From positions 160,001 through 224,000 of IMG/VR virus record IMGVR_UViG_3300009709_000001: a stretch of 64,000 nt of DNA, one strand, 5' to 3'. Under the pieces are notes generated by a model that did not search any database, had not been told where the DNA came from, and worked only from the letters and a program-made list of their open reading frames with translations. Source of the DNA: a virus (taxonomy: Duplodnaviria > Heunggongvirae > Uroviricota > Caudoviricetes). How positions within the stretch are numbered: the first letter of the stretch is position 1; the number at the start of each line of letters is the position of its first letter. The position numbers and the translations under genes are program-made. Positions 35,016-45,052 of this stretch are shown piece by piece.

Positions 35016-35680
35016 ACTACGCTCGTAATTCCTTCAAACAAGATGCTGCGCATCTATCAAGAACAATATTGATTGTTTTCAAACTGCCTGACGGTAGAGT
35101 CAGACCAAGGGTATCTAAAACCTAGATACTGGACAGCTTGACAGCGTCGCCAGACGTTGAACCGAAATATTTGTGCAGTGTTGGATTGATTATGTCAACT
35201 GCGCGCTACTCCCATAGCGTTTCGGAAGGGGCCTAAGATCTTGCGAGATCATACGGGCTCATCGAATGCGTAACTTTTCTTCAACGAAAAAGTTACTCGA
35301 CCTGTGGGCCATACCCTGTTTTCACATACCCACAGCAACTTGATATTCATCTTAATACCGAATACACGGCTTTCTTATGAATTTGCCGATGTCTACCCAT
35401 CGGGCCTGTCTATTGCGCTCCATTCCGAACGATACGACCTGCGCTATAAAGGTGCGCTAACCTATTGTAGAATAACCGAATTGTATTGGATTTAATTAAG
35501 GATTGGGTTTTGTGCTTTCGTTGTAAAACCTAAATGCTGTTGACCTTATACGTTCACGGGGCGCATTAGTCCCGCTATCTGTTTTTATCTGCTTTCGTGT
35601 ACTATAAAACATCAGCTTTGCGCTGTTGTTACACTATTTTAGCAGAACAAAATTGCGCTGGCTCATAATATTGAGCGCAA
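35000..35680. other. long hairpin-rich non-coding region (candidate large ncRNA or replication origin)
   Basis: ~680 nt with no credible ORF and many inverted repeats. Confidence 0.45.
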
Positions 35681-35683
35681 GCG

Positions 35684-35709
35684 CAAACAGGGCCCAAAGG
35701 CCCTGTTTT
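35684..35709. terminator. intrinsic terminator after the endolysin
   Basis: AAACAGGGCC-CAAA-GGCCCTGTTT. Confidence 0.75.
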
Positions 35710-35723
35710 ATCGTGTTTTACCG

Positions 35724-36308
35724 TCAGGAAAAGTCTACATCCGGATTGGTTGTGAAGTCGCGCATTTCAGAAATTCTGCGCAACCAGCCTTTTAAGAAAC
35801 GACCCTGCTCGGGCTTTCTTGCAACAATGGCTTGATAGAATTGTTCACGTTGATCGCAAATTGACATGCATAGTTCGATTTCGTCCATACTATTGACTGC
35901 GCCTAGACTTTGTGGGCCAAGAATACCATCAGTTGACATACCGACAGCAGCCTGCAAAAATTTGTTGGCGCGACCAATTCCGTGATTTACACAACCGTCA
36001 AAGTGAAGGACTGCGACGCGCGGCGGCAGTTGATCACAGGAACCAGTTAACCAGTATCTGCGATAATAGACATCCTTCGCCGTTGCCCAATCTAGATTGG
36101 TAATGTCAAGGTCTTGGTTAGCATTCTTTGCTACACCATATTTTGTTTCACCACCGCGATCGAGTGGATCGTTGACATAGCCAACATTTCTTCTTTGCTG
36201 AGGAGTATCAATTAACCCCGCCTCGACTTCGGGAGTTAGACGCCACTGACTGCCAACTTCGTAAAGCATGGCATGATTCACTGCATCTTCGAACGCATTC
36301 GAGTACAT
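35724..36308 (-). CDS. endolysin, glycosyl hydrolase family 108 with PG-binding domain
   Basis: YVNDPLDRGGETKYGV, VNHG, DGILGP, FLKGWLRR. Confidence 0.9.
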   Translation of the reverse strand: MYSNAFEDAVNHAMLYEVGSQWRLTPEVEAGLIDTPQQRRNVGYVNDPLDRGGETKYGVAKNANQDLDITNLDWATAKDVYYRRYWLTGSCDQLPPRVAVLHFDGCVNHGIGRANKFLQAAVGMSTDGILGPQSLGAVNSMDEIELCMSICDQREQFYQAIVARKPEQGRFLKGWLRRISEMRDFTTNPDVDFS

Positions 36309-36371
36309 AGGATCCTCCTTTATTTCCAGTATTTATAAACCGTGATAAATAATGAAAACAGGGGATTTAAT

Positions 36372-36929
36372 ATGCCATCGAAATCAAAAGCAAAGGGTAA
36401 CAGTTGGGAACTAGATGTCGCAAAGTTTCTCACAGAAACTTACGGTGAAACTTTCTTGCGTGTTCCAAGTAGCGGAGCGTTTGTCGGCGGCAAAAATGCT
36501 CATAGGAAAACTACTCTAGATGCTTCACAGCTTCAGAGTAAGAAGGGCGATATACACCCACCACAGTCGTGGAAACATTTTAACTGCGAATGTAAATCCT
36601 ACAAAGATTTTCCATTTCACCAGTTATTCTATACAGACGTGAAAATCCTCGACTCGTGGATTCAACAGCAACACGATGTCGAGGATGTAGGTGACTTGAA
36701 TATTATCTTAATTAAGATTTCAAGGAAGGAACGATGGGTTGTTGTGCCTCAATCACTAGGTTTTGTAACCACTCGAGCCCTGGAGTATAAGGGATGGGTG
36801 TTCTTAGAATGGGATCAGTTTTGGTCTTCTTCGCAGAACGTTTCTTTGGTTGAGAAGCTTTCAAAAGACGCAACTGTTTCTTTGTTTCCTTTTCCAGTAG
36901 TTCCCGAGCCTTCTTCTCAGACCGCTTAG
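36372..36929 (+). CDS. Holliday junction resolvase-like PD-(D/E)XK nuclease
   Basis: KSKAKGNSWE...GDI...ECKSYK. Confidence 0.8.
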   Translation: MPSKSKAKGNSWELDVAKFLTETYGETFLRVPSSGAFVGGKNAHRKTTLDASQLQSKKGDIHPPQSWKHFNCECKSYKDFPFHQLFYTDVKILDSWIQQQHDVEDVGDLNIILIKISRKERWVVVPQSLGFVTTRALEYKGWVFLEWDQFWSSSQNVSLVEKLSKDATVSLFPFPVVPEPSSQTA

Positions 36930-37470
36930 TCTTATAGTTTTCAAACGGCAGTTCAATATCTTGAAGAATGCCGTCAAAACCATCTACTTCAAAATCCCAC
37001 CAATTAACGATAGTCTTAGCAGATACTTTTCTGTTAGGCGTACCGTCTAGGTTGAAATTAATTTCGATATTACTCGACTTAGGAATGTGAGCATATGCCG
37101 AACCCGGGATGAGAAAGAAATAGAAAGTATCTGTTAGTCTTTCGTAGATAACACATCGCAATAACCCTTTCTTATTGAAAATATCCCTAATTGGTGCAGA
37201 ATATTTTGTGCCAGAAAAAGTCCATCGTACAGATGAACTTTTAGCATCAGTACCGTCGACAAAGTCTCTGCCGACGGTATCGTGTCTTTCTAATCCCTTT
37301 TTCTTTGAAATTGCAGCTTCTAGGAGCTTCCCAGCTCCGAATAATCTATGTTTAACCATGTCTTCTTCGTAAGCATGTTTTCTGATTACGGCAGACGCGT
37401 CGGGATAGATTATTGGATGTAACAATCCAAAGAATTTTTCGTCTAGAATAGGATCTTTATCTTTTGCCAT
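36712..37470 (-). CDS. hypothetical protein, possible PD-(D/E)XK nuclease
   Basis: E...RDFVDGTDAK pattern; basic C-terminal tail overlaps the resolvase. Confidence 0.55.
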   Translation of the reverse strand: MAKDKDPILDEKFFGLLHPIIYPDASAVIRKHAYEEDMVKHRLFGAGKLLEAAISKKKGLERHDTVGRDFVDGTDAKSSSVRWTFSGTKYSAPIRDIFNKKGLLRCVIYERLTDTFYFFLIPGSAYAHIPKSSNIEINFNLDGTPNRKVSAKTIVNWWDFEVDGFDGILQDIELPFENYKTKRSEKKARELLEKETKKQLRLLKASQPKKRSAKKTKTDPILRTPIPYTPGLEWLQNLVIEAQQPIVPSLKS

Positions 37471-37533
37471 GTGTCCTTTATTTTTCTGTGTTGAATCTAG
37501 TTTGCACGAAATCCCACAGAAAAAGCAAATTTA

Positions 37534-39312
37534 TCAAGGCGCTTCGTCAGCAGTTTCAAAGGATGTAAAGCCACCTTCCTTAACAACCTTCAAAACATTA
37601 GATACTCGGCCAATAAGTTCATCACGGTGAGAAATTAGATAAATGTTTCTCTTATTCTCTCTTGCCATTTTCTTAAGAATTGCAAGTGAAGATTCGACAC
37701 CGCTCGAATCCAGCCCAGAGTCGATAAGTTCGTCGATGAATAGCAAGTTGATTTTATCATTCATACTCTCATAAACGTCACGGAATGCCCAAGATAATGA
37801 AAGGATCAAACGAGTACGTTCGCCACGACTTAGGTTATCAAAGTCAAATTCCTTACCATATAGTGTAATTTCTACTTCCAGATCTGATTTGAATTTAACG
37901 GCATGCGGCAAACCAATATCAGAAAGGTAATGTGCAAGACGATGATTTAAGAATGTCAGATTCTGATCGATAATCTTTTTACGAATGAAACTATCTTTAT
38001 TGGTAAGAAGTTTCGCTAGAAAGTCTTGGTGATCTCTTAGCTTCACCAATTCATTCATTCGTGTGAAATCAATCTCCTGAAGTCCATCTCTCTTAAGAGT
38101 TTCGATTTGTTCTAGATAAGGATTAATTGTTTCTAGCTCAGACGAAAGACTATTACCGAACGTATCTAATGTGGTTTTATGGTTATATGCTTCGTCGATC
38201 GTTGCATAATATGTTGCCGGCAACTTAGGAATCATAGAGGATACGGACAGAGCTAGAGCTTTGACTTCGTCTCTCTTTGCGATCTTTTCTCTAAGTTTAC
38301 CTTGTGAACTCAGATGCAGAGCAATATATTCATTATGAACCTTATCGTGAGTTTCTTTGTCCATCTCTTGGTTACAAGTGGGACAAATCTTTTCGACGGA
38401 GGTTGACAAGATCCTATCGAGCTTAACGATTTCTTGACTGGATGATTGGACATCCTTTTCTAGAGTACCAAGTTCCTTAGAAAGGGAACGATACTCGGAT
38501 GTTAAATCCTCGACTTCTTTCTTTGATTTATGAAGAGCAATTTCGTCATCGATGTTGAGTTCTAAGAGAGACATGATTGAGCTTTGTAGCTTATCTATTT
38601 TCTCTTTCTTCGACCTCTCCCACGCTTTTGACTTAGTGTCCATGCCTGCAATATTTGCCTCAATCCTTTTATTTGCTTCGTTGGCCGCCGAAATGCGGAA
38701 CTCCTCTTCTTTAATCTCATCTCGTGTTACCTTTGCTTCTTCCTTAAGCTTTTCCGCTTTTTCGGACAGCTTTGTAATACCAAGCAATTGCTCGATAATT
38801 ACACGCTGATCGTTTGTACGAAGTGCCAAGAAAGGTTCGACATAGGTATTCAGCGCAAGGATATGTTTGAACATATCATGTGACACACCAATGATTCTTT
38901 CGATTTCTTCTTGGGTATGTCTGTTTTCGCCTTGCGCTTCGTTATCATCCTTGGAATCTTTATCGTCATCAATGCCATTCTTGATGAATTTAAAAATACC
39001 GGGCTTTCTACCGCGTTCGATTTTATAGTTGACTCCATTAACTTCGAATGTTAAAGTCACCAATAGATGCTTCATATTCGATTTATTAATGAGATTGTCT
39101 TTCTTGATGTTGGTTAGAGCAGATCCGAAAAGTGCGTAACTCAGAGCATTCACAATTGTCGATTTACCGACACCGTTACGATTATCATTTCCGCCCAAGT
39201 CAAGATTTTCTCCTAGCACAAGTACCAAGTCATTGTTACTGAATGTGATAGATTGAGTAACGTTACCGATACTCATGAAATTCTTAATGGTTAGGGCATG
39301 TAGTTTCAGCAT
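37534..39312 (-). CDS. recombination endonuclease ATPase subunit (gp46/SbcC/Rad50-like)
   Basis: NGVGKST Walker A, CPTC hook, LSRGE signature, LFIDE. Confidence 0.95.
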   Translation of the reverse strand: MLKLHALTIKNFMSIGNVTQSITFSNNDLVLVLGENLDLGGNDNRNGVGKSTIVNALSYALFGSALTNIKKDNLINKSNMKHLLVTLTFEVNGVNYKIERGRKPGIFKFIKNGIDDDKDSKDDNEAQGENRHTQEEIERIIGVSHDMFKHILALNTYVEPFLALRTNDQRVIIEQLLGITKLSEKAEKLKEEAKVTRDEIKEEEFRISAANEANKRIEANIAGMDTKSKAWERSKKEKIDKLQSSIMSLLELNIDDEIALHKSKKEVEDLTSEYRSLSKELGTLEKDVQSSSQEIVKLDRILSTSVEKICPTCNQEMDKETHDKVHNEYIALHLSSQGKLREKIAKRDEVKALALSVSSMIPKLPATYYATIDEAYNHKTTLDTFGNSLSSELETINPYLEQIETLKRDGLQEIDFTRMNELVKLRDHQDFLAKLLTNKDSFIRKKIIDQNLTFLNHRLAHYLSDIGLPHAVKFKSDLEVEITLYGKEFDFDNLSRGERTRLILSLSWAFRDVYESMNDKINLLFIDELIDSGLDSSGVESSLAILKKMARENKRNIYLISHRDELIGRVSNVLKVVKEGGFTSFETADEAP

Positions 39313-40325
39313 TATAGTCTGTTGTAGATCTCGATTAGTTTTGTAGATTCGAAAGCATCGCTATCGATATTTGTAAGTTGTTCGATAACAATCTGGTCAA
39401 CTGTCTTAAAGGTAATATCTTTAGAATAATCCTTTTCTAGCTCGTCTTCTTGATTTCTTACTAGTTTGAATTCACGAACACTATATTGGCCTAAGAAAGT
39501 TTCTCTTAGGAAAGTTGCTTCTTCGTATGTAATTTCTAGATCAAGTGTGACCTGTAGATAAGTTTTCGGCTTTAGATACAGATCTGGATTTGCGAGAAGT
39601 GCAGAAAGATTAATGCTGATGAAACGTGGTCCATCTGCCCAATCTAGATATTCTGGTTCCTTATCCCACTCTAATACCATTGCTCCACGTTCGAAATCCC
39701 ACACATCAGAATAGTTGTGTCCGAAGGGATTACCGATGTAATTGATCTTACCTTTAGTTTGACGTTTGTGGAAGTGCCCAGAAAAGACATAGTCTTGATG
39801 TGGAAAATGGTCAGCATTAAGAGCACCATGATCTGGCATTTCGACCATTGCATTCATTTTGAAACCCGGAAGTTCCAGGTGTCCGAATACATATTTTGTC
39901 TTAATTTCGGAAACATTTTTCCATTCGTCTTCTACAAGCCAAGGAATGAGTGCAACATCGCCTTCTACTAAGACATTGTCAACAAGCTGGATATTTTCAA
40001 ACTCAGACCCAACAACCATAGAGTGGACTTCACGTTTTTCGCGATAGAAAAGATCGTGATTGCCGACCATAATGTAGACTTTCTTGAATGCAGCATTAAG
40101 TTTTCTTAATGCATGCATGGTATAGTCCAGTGTTAGAATGTTGATGTTAGACCTATGGTGATGCCAATCACCAAGGAACATGCAAGTTTCGATGTTTCTC
40201 TTTTTTGCTTCGTCGATCATCCAGTCGATAAATTCGACACAATCCTTGTTGTGTTCAGCGGAATTGTGTCGAAGACCAAAGTGAATATCTGAGAAGCAAA
40301 TTACCTTATCAAATAAATTACTCAT
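39312..40325 (-). CDS. recombination endonuclease nuclease subunit (gp47/SbcD/Mre11-like)
   Basis: SDIH, GDWHH, GNHD, GHFH metallophosphoesterase motifs. Confidence 0.95.
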   Translation of the reverse strand: MSNLFDKVICFSDIHFGLRHNSAEHNKDCVEFIDWMIDEAKKRNIETCMFLGDWHHHRSNINILTLDYTMHALRKLNAAFKKVYIMVGNHDLFYREKREVHSMVVGSEFENIQLVDNVLVEGDVALIPWLVEDEWKNVSEIKTKYVFGHLELPGFKMNAMVEMPDHGALNADHFPHQDYVFSGHFHKRQTKGKINYIGNPFGHNYSDVWDFERGAMVLEWDKEPEYLDWADGPRFISINLSALLANPDLYLKPKTYLQVTLDLEITYEEATFLRETFLGQYSVREFKLVRNQEDELEKDYSKDITFKTVDQIVIEQLTNIDSDAFESTKLIEIYNRL

Positions 40326-41265
40326 CGCGGGCAGCATCCTGTGCATCTTCACGAAGCATTCTAATTTCATTTTCACGAGCAAGTTGTCTCGAGAAGCTCG
40401 GGCTTGCACCTTGTTCGATAAGCAAGTCGTCGCGAAGAACTTGTGTCTTCTTTTCTTGATTCAGAACTCTTGTGAAACTGTTCTGCAAAGACATGGTGTA
40501 ATACGAGAATGGATTATCGCTTCGCATTTCATCGAATTGCAATCCCATCTGTGCGAGTTGAAGTAGTGCCTGACCTTTCATTTCGTCGAGATATGTATAT
40601 CCACGCCAGTTACCACGTTGTGCATACTTGTTCACCATAAGGATAAACATCGTTGCCAGTTTGTGTGAAATAGATCCATGTTCTTGACTGAACGTTCCTT
40701 TCTTGGAATGAGAGCGACCCACTTCCTTTGCAACTCCGGATTCGATAATGAAGTGCTTGAATGGATCGAAGTTAAGTTTCACATATCTATCAGCTTCAGA
40801 TTTTGGATTTTTCTTACGACCTGGCGCTAATGGAATATGTTCGAAAGTCATTACTCTGAAAACTAAATCATCTACAGAAATTGTTTCTGGCTTGACTTTG
40901 TGTTCTGCAAGTTTAGGCTTATCCTTAGGTCCTGCAGCCGCAACTGCTGCTTCGAATGCTTGTGCTGCCATTCTTGCTGCACGAGCTGCTTTGGCCTTCT
41001 CCTGCACATCTAATGAAAAGATTTCAAACGTGTTCGTGACAATTACATCGTAGTCCATGTATTTCGGATCAGTGAATTCACTGAAGGAATTTTTGCTGCG
41101 ATGAATTTCTTTAAGCATGTCCTTGTTGTTTAGATAATTAACTTTCTTGACGGGAGCGATAACAACAGGTTCATCCACCTCGTCGTCTTCGTCTTCCTCG
41201 ATTGAATTTTCCAATTCAGCATCGAAGTCGTCTTTGTTATCATCGTTGTCTAGTATGTTGTTCAT
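40318..41265 (-). CDS. late-transcription sigma factor (gp55-like)
   Basis: NYLNNKD, NWRGYTY.DEM, FD..SDNPFSYYT. Confidence 0.85.
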   Translation of the reverse strand: MNNILDNDDNKDDFDAELENSIEEDEDDEVDEPVVIAPVKKVNYLNNKDMLKEIHRSKNSFSEFTDPKYMDYDVIVTNTFEIFSLDVQEKAKAARAARMAAQAFEAAVAAAGPKDKPKLAEHKVKPETISVDDLVFRVMTFEHIPLAPGRKKNPKSEADRYVKLNFDPFKHFIIESGVAKEVGRSHSKKGTFSQEHGSISHKLATMFILMVNKYAQRGNWRGYTYLDEMKGQALLQLAQMGLQFDEMRSDNPFSYYTMSLQNSFTRVLNQEKKTQVLRDDLLIEQGASPSFSRQLARENEIRMLREDAQDAARDE

Positions 41266-41290
41266 TGAAATCCTCAGAAATATTTTCGTT

Positions 41291-41319
41291 AGTATAATTG
41301 TGTTTCAAGTGAAAGTCAA
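41291..41319 (-). promoter_or_regulatory. sigma70 promoter for the gp55-47-46 operon
   Basis: TTGACT-17-TATACT. Confidence 0.75.
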
Positions 41320-41383
41320 GAATTTCTTGATTAAAACGTCGGTTTATGACCTTGATAAATAAGCAAAGTTAGGAGAAACAGAG

Positions 41384-42094
41384 ATGCCACAACAAGACTA
41401 TCGTGCCAGGCTCCAGCCAAAATCACTTTATAGCGGAACGGAGACAGTCGGGGGAACCTCGGTACCTACCAACGATATTTTAGGCCCACGCCATGCAAGT
41501 AATATTCTTTACCCGCTATGGTCGACAAGAGGCGTTCTTTTTCCTTATACTCCAGCAATCACGGCTGGTAGCGTAGCCGATTACGATCTGTCATCGTTTA
41601 TTCATACCAACTATGGATATAACGCATATATCAAGTCGTATCCTAAACCTATTAGTATGACTGCTGAGTTTACCGCTCAGACAAACGATGAAGCTCTATA
41701 TTTATTGTCGGTAATTCACTTCTTTCGTAGCGTAACGAAATCATATTTTGGTATTACGCCGTATGAAAAAGCTGGTACTCCGCCTCCGGTTCTATACTTT
41801 AGCTACCTCGGTGAATATCAGTATAACAACGTTCCGGTACTAATTAAGAGTTTTGACTTTACCTATGATGCTAACATCGACTATGTTCCAGTTTACACCG
41901 GATCAAATGCAGGATATTCTGCAAACATCGGAGTTTCTCTTCCAAATGGAAACAGTGGTGGTTACACATATGTTCCGACGCATTTAACCGTTTCTATTGA
42001 AATGGATACGCAGTATATTCCGATTAAACTTAGAAATGAGTTTAACCTCGACGAATTTAGAATGGGTAAACTGGTCAATAAGGGATACATCTAA
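41384..42094 (+). CDS. baseplate/tail tube initiator-like protein
   Basis: FPYTP, GTPPPVL motifs; first gene of the baseplate operon, after GATAAATA. Confidence 0.6.
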   Translation: MPQQDYRARLQPKSLYSGTETVGGTSVPTNDILGPRHASNILYPLWSTRGVLFPYTPAITAGSVADYDLSSFIHTNYGYNAYIKSYPKPISMTAEFTAQTNDEALYLLSVIHFFRSVTKSYFGITPYEKAGTPPPVLYFSYLGEYQYNNVPVLIKSFDFTYDANIDYVPVYTGSNAGYSANIGVSLPNGNSGGYTYVPTHLTVSIEMDTQYIPIKLRNEFNLDEFRMGKLVNKGYI

Positions 42095-42381
42095 TGGCAC
42101 AGAATTCAAAAGACACAAGTCAGTATCTATCAACACCGATTAAGGATTGGTATCTTGACCTTTGGGTTCCACGCTCTGTTCCCAAGAGTGATTTTGACAA
42201 GATTGTTGTTATTCCTCCAGCATACGATCAGCGTCCAGATCTAATGAGCCAAGCCGAATATGGCACTCCCCGCCTGTGGTGGGTTTTCTGTATTAGGAAT
42301 CCAGATTTGATCAATGATCCAATTCAGGATTTTGTTGCAGGATTAGAAATTTTCGTTCCAGCAAACATTCTAAAGAAATAA
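42094..42381 (+). CDS. baseplate wedge protein (gp53-like, LysM-like)
   Basis: RPDLMS..EYGTPRLWWVF..RN. Confidence 0.85.
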   Translation: MAQNSKDTSQYLSTPIKDWYLDLWVPRSVPKSDFDKIVVIPPAYDQRPDLMSQAEYGTPRLWWVFCIRNPDLINDPIQDFVAGLEIFVPANILKK

Positions 42382-42382
42382 T

Positions 42383-45049
42383 ATGTCCGCAAAAGATTTT
42401 ATGTCGTCGACGAGTTCGTCGCTACCGTCATCGTTGCTCTCTGGTACGTCGTTTAACGATGTAGTCGCCGGCAAAACTGTCGATAAGGTAAAAGAATATC
42501 TAAATCCAGCAGGTGTTAGTCCAACCACAACATCCGGTATTCCTAAATTCGAAAAGATTGATCAATCTCCCTATTCGCACGAAGGAAATAACTATCCTAA
42601 TGTTTCTGCACAATCATTTGAAACTGTTAATTTGAATCTACAGTTTCAACCAAATGTCCTTGACAATTTTGATACTGTAACCTATCACTTTAAACTTTTC
42701 ATTACCGATCCAGAGTCATCAAGCACTGGTCAAATTTTCGATCCAGATAATCAGACAATCATTGCCGAATCTGGTGTTTCGGATTTAACAATCGATAAAG
42801 TAGAAGTTCGAAGCATTGCCACACCGACAGTAGAAATTGGCACAGGAACTTCGACGCATGTAAAATTTGAAATTACCGAACCATCTGGTGCTGGTCTAAT
42901 TGATAAACTATTCTATCAATCCGTGGCACTCGGTATCGGAAACTGGGCAGTCATGCCAGTCTATCTACAATTACAATTCCGAGCACGTGATCCCGATACA
43001 GCATCGACTATTAATGGATCGCCCGGTTCGTTAGCTAGCCTAAAATGGATTTGGAGATTAAAACTTACCGATATCAAGGCCAACGTAACCACTGTTGGAA
43101 CGAGATACGAATTTGATGCAATCATCTATAGCGAATTTGCACAATCCAACGCTCTCTTTACCTTGCAACATAACACCACATTGAATAATTTGAAAACATT
43201 CGGTGATGCAATGAAGGATCTGCAAGATAAACTTAATGCCGACCAATTAATCAAACTTCTCAGCAATTATAGCGTTCCAGATTCATTCAAGATCGTCGTA
43301 GATCCGAAAATTATTGGTTATCAGATTACTCCACCGGAGGCTAATACCAATTCACGAAGAGGAGACAACTTTGTCGAATTTGGTGATAAAGATGCATCCT
43401 TTAGTTCTGGCACGGCCATTAATAACGTTATCGATTCTTTGTTATCGAATACCAATGAATACCAGGAGGCAATGAAGAAGTCCACGACGCCTGGTGCCGA
43501 CGGAGTTCCAATGACTCAAGAAGGTAATCAGATGAAGAAAATTTGGAGAGTTATTACAGAAACTCGTCCATTGACTTTTGATCCTAGAAGACAGACCATT
43601 GCTAATGAATTTACGATCTATGTTGTTGATTATGACATTGGTATTCTCGATCAGAACGTATTTCAAACTTCTGCCCCACCGCTAACACTCGAAGCAGAGC
43701 GTCAGCGCCTAATGACCTATGTTCAAAGATCTATTCTAAAGAAGAAATATAATTATATCTTCACAGGATTGAATGATCAGATTTTGAATTTCGATGTAAC
43801 TATTAATGCCGGATATGCAGCCGCAATGTCACGCTTCAACGGCATCTACCTAAATCCTGTAATGTCTGATAAAGGTGTAGTAAATCAAGACCGCGCAAAG
43901 CAGGAAATCGAAGTTACAGAAAAAGTTACAAAAGCAATCGGACTTCAGAATAACGCGAAGAGTACAAATGCAGCCGATGCCCAAGCTGCTATGGAAGATG
44001 CAAAGAACGCAATTGCAGCCGCCGATATTTCGGATGATCTAAAATCTCGTTATACCGTATTACTTGAAAAATCTAAGCCAGAAAGCAGAATGAACTTTCT
44101 CGAAGATGTACGCCAAGCTGGTGGTTTGAACAATGACGGTAAATTAAATAGTTCCCGAGCTGACGCTCAGAACCTTGCTAAACCAGTAACTGAAAAAATT
44201 TCGAATAAGCAATATAGTTTCATTTCTGATGTTGATCCGCAATCTAAGGCATCGAAAAATGCTTACACCAGATATGTCGAAGATACAAAAGGCAAGCTTC
44301 GTCCTATTGCAAGAATTGAAACAATGCAAGATCGTCAGATTGGTATGGGTGTTGAATCTAACAGTAATCCGGGACTGCAGAAAATTTCGTCACTCTTTTC
44401 GCAAGCACTTCATAGCGGACTTGATAGTTCATTCCAGAGAATGCGAATGACAATTAAAGGCGATCCATTCTGGTTGTTTCCACAACCTATTACTGACAAC
44501 GATAGGCAATCATACAGCATTTTCAAACCAGCCGACGAAGCAATTGATTATATCAAAAGGGCACACTTCAAGGCAACTGATTCGGTAAACATATACGGAA
44601 CTGATAACTTTATTCTTGTTAGATTTAGAACACCGAGAATTTATAATCTCGATGATAATGATAACAATAATGATCCGAACACCGATGTCGAAACATTTAG
44701 CGGTGTTTATAAAGTAATCGAAATTACAAGTAGATTTGAAATGGGTAAATTTACTCAGGAATTATTATGCAACCTTGATCCCGAAATCAGAATATTGAAT
44801 TTCATCGATCAAATTGAAGCAGATGCAAGGAAACAAGATATTCCTACAAAACCGGGTGATCTAGTTGCTGAAAGACTTCCTATCCCAGAGACTGCAAAAT
44901 CCAAGGATAGAATTATGGGTGCAACTGAAACTAAACTTGAACAATTGGCATCAAGTACCGCAGGACAGATAAATTCTGCAGTTTCAAATATTCCGACTGT
45001 AATTCCGAGTACATTACCGCAATATAAGAATCTATTCAAACAAGGGTAA
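42383..45049 (+). CDS. baseplate hub protein
   Basis: IKGDP...FSGVYKVIEI.S.F..GKFTQ.L C-terminal hub motif. Confidence 0.65.
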   Translation: MSAKDFMSSTSSSLPSSLLSGTSFNDVVAGKTVDKVKEYLNPAGVSPTTTSGIPKFEKIDQSPYSHEGNNYPNVSAQSFETVNLNLQFQPNVLDNFDTVTYHFKLFITDPESSSTGQIFDPDNQTIIAESGVSDLTIDKVEVRSIATPTVEIGTGTSTHVKFEITEPSGAGLIDKLFYQSVALGIGNWAVMPVYLQLQFRARDPDTASTINGSPGSLASLKWIWRLKLTDIKANVTTVGTRYEFDAIIYSEFAQSNALFTLQHNTTLNNLKTFGDAMKDLQDKLNADQLIKLLSNYSVPDSFKIVVDPKIIGYQITPPEANTNSRRGDNFVEFGDKDASFSSGTAINNVIDSLLSNTNEYQEAMKKSTTPGADGVPMTQEGNQMKKIWRVITETRPLTFDPRRQTIANEFTIYVVDYDIGILDQNVFQTSAPPLTLEAERQRLMTYVQRSILKKKYNYIFTGLNDQILNFDVTINAGYAAAMSRFNGIYLNPVMSDKGVVNQDRAKQEIEVTEKVTKAIGLQNNAKSTNAADAQAAMEDAKNAIAAADISDDLKSRYTVLLEKSKPESRMNFLEDVRQAGGLNNDGKLNSSRADAQNLAKPVTEKISNKQYSFISDVDPQSKASKNAYTRYVEDTKGKLRPIARIETMQDRQIGMGVESNSNPGLQKISSLFSQALHSGLDSSFQRMRMTIKGDPFWLFPQPITDNDRQSYSIFKPADEAIDYIKRAHFKATDSVNIYGTDNFILVRFRTPRIYNLDDNDNNNDPNTDVETFSGVYKVIEITSRFEMGKFTQELLCNLDPEIRILNFIDQIEADARKQDIPTKPGDLVAERLPIPETAKSKDRIMGATETKLEQLASSTAGQINSAVSNIPTVIPSTLPQYKNLFKQG

Positions 45050-45052
45050 TCT

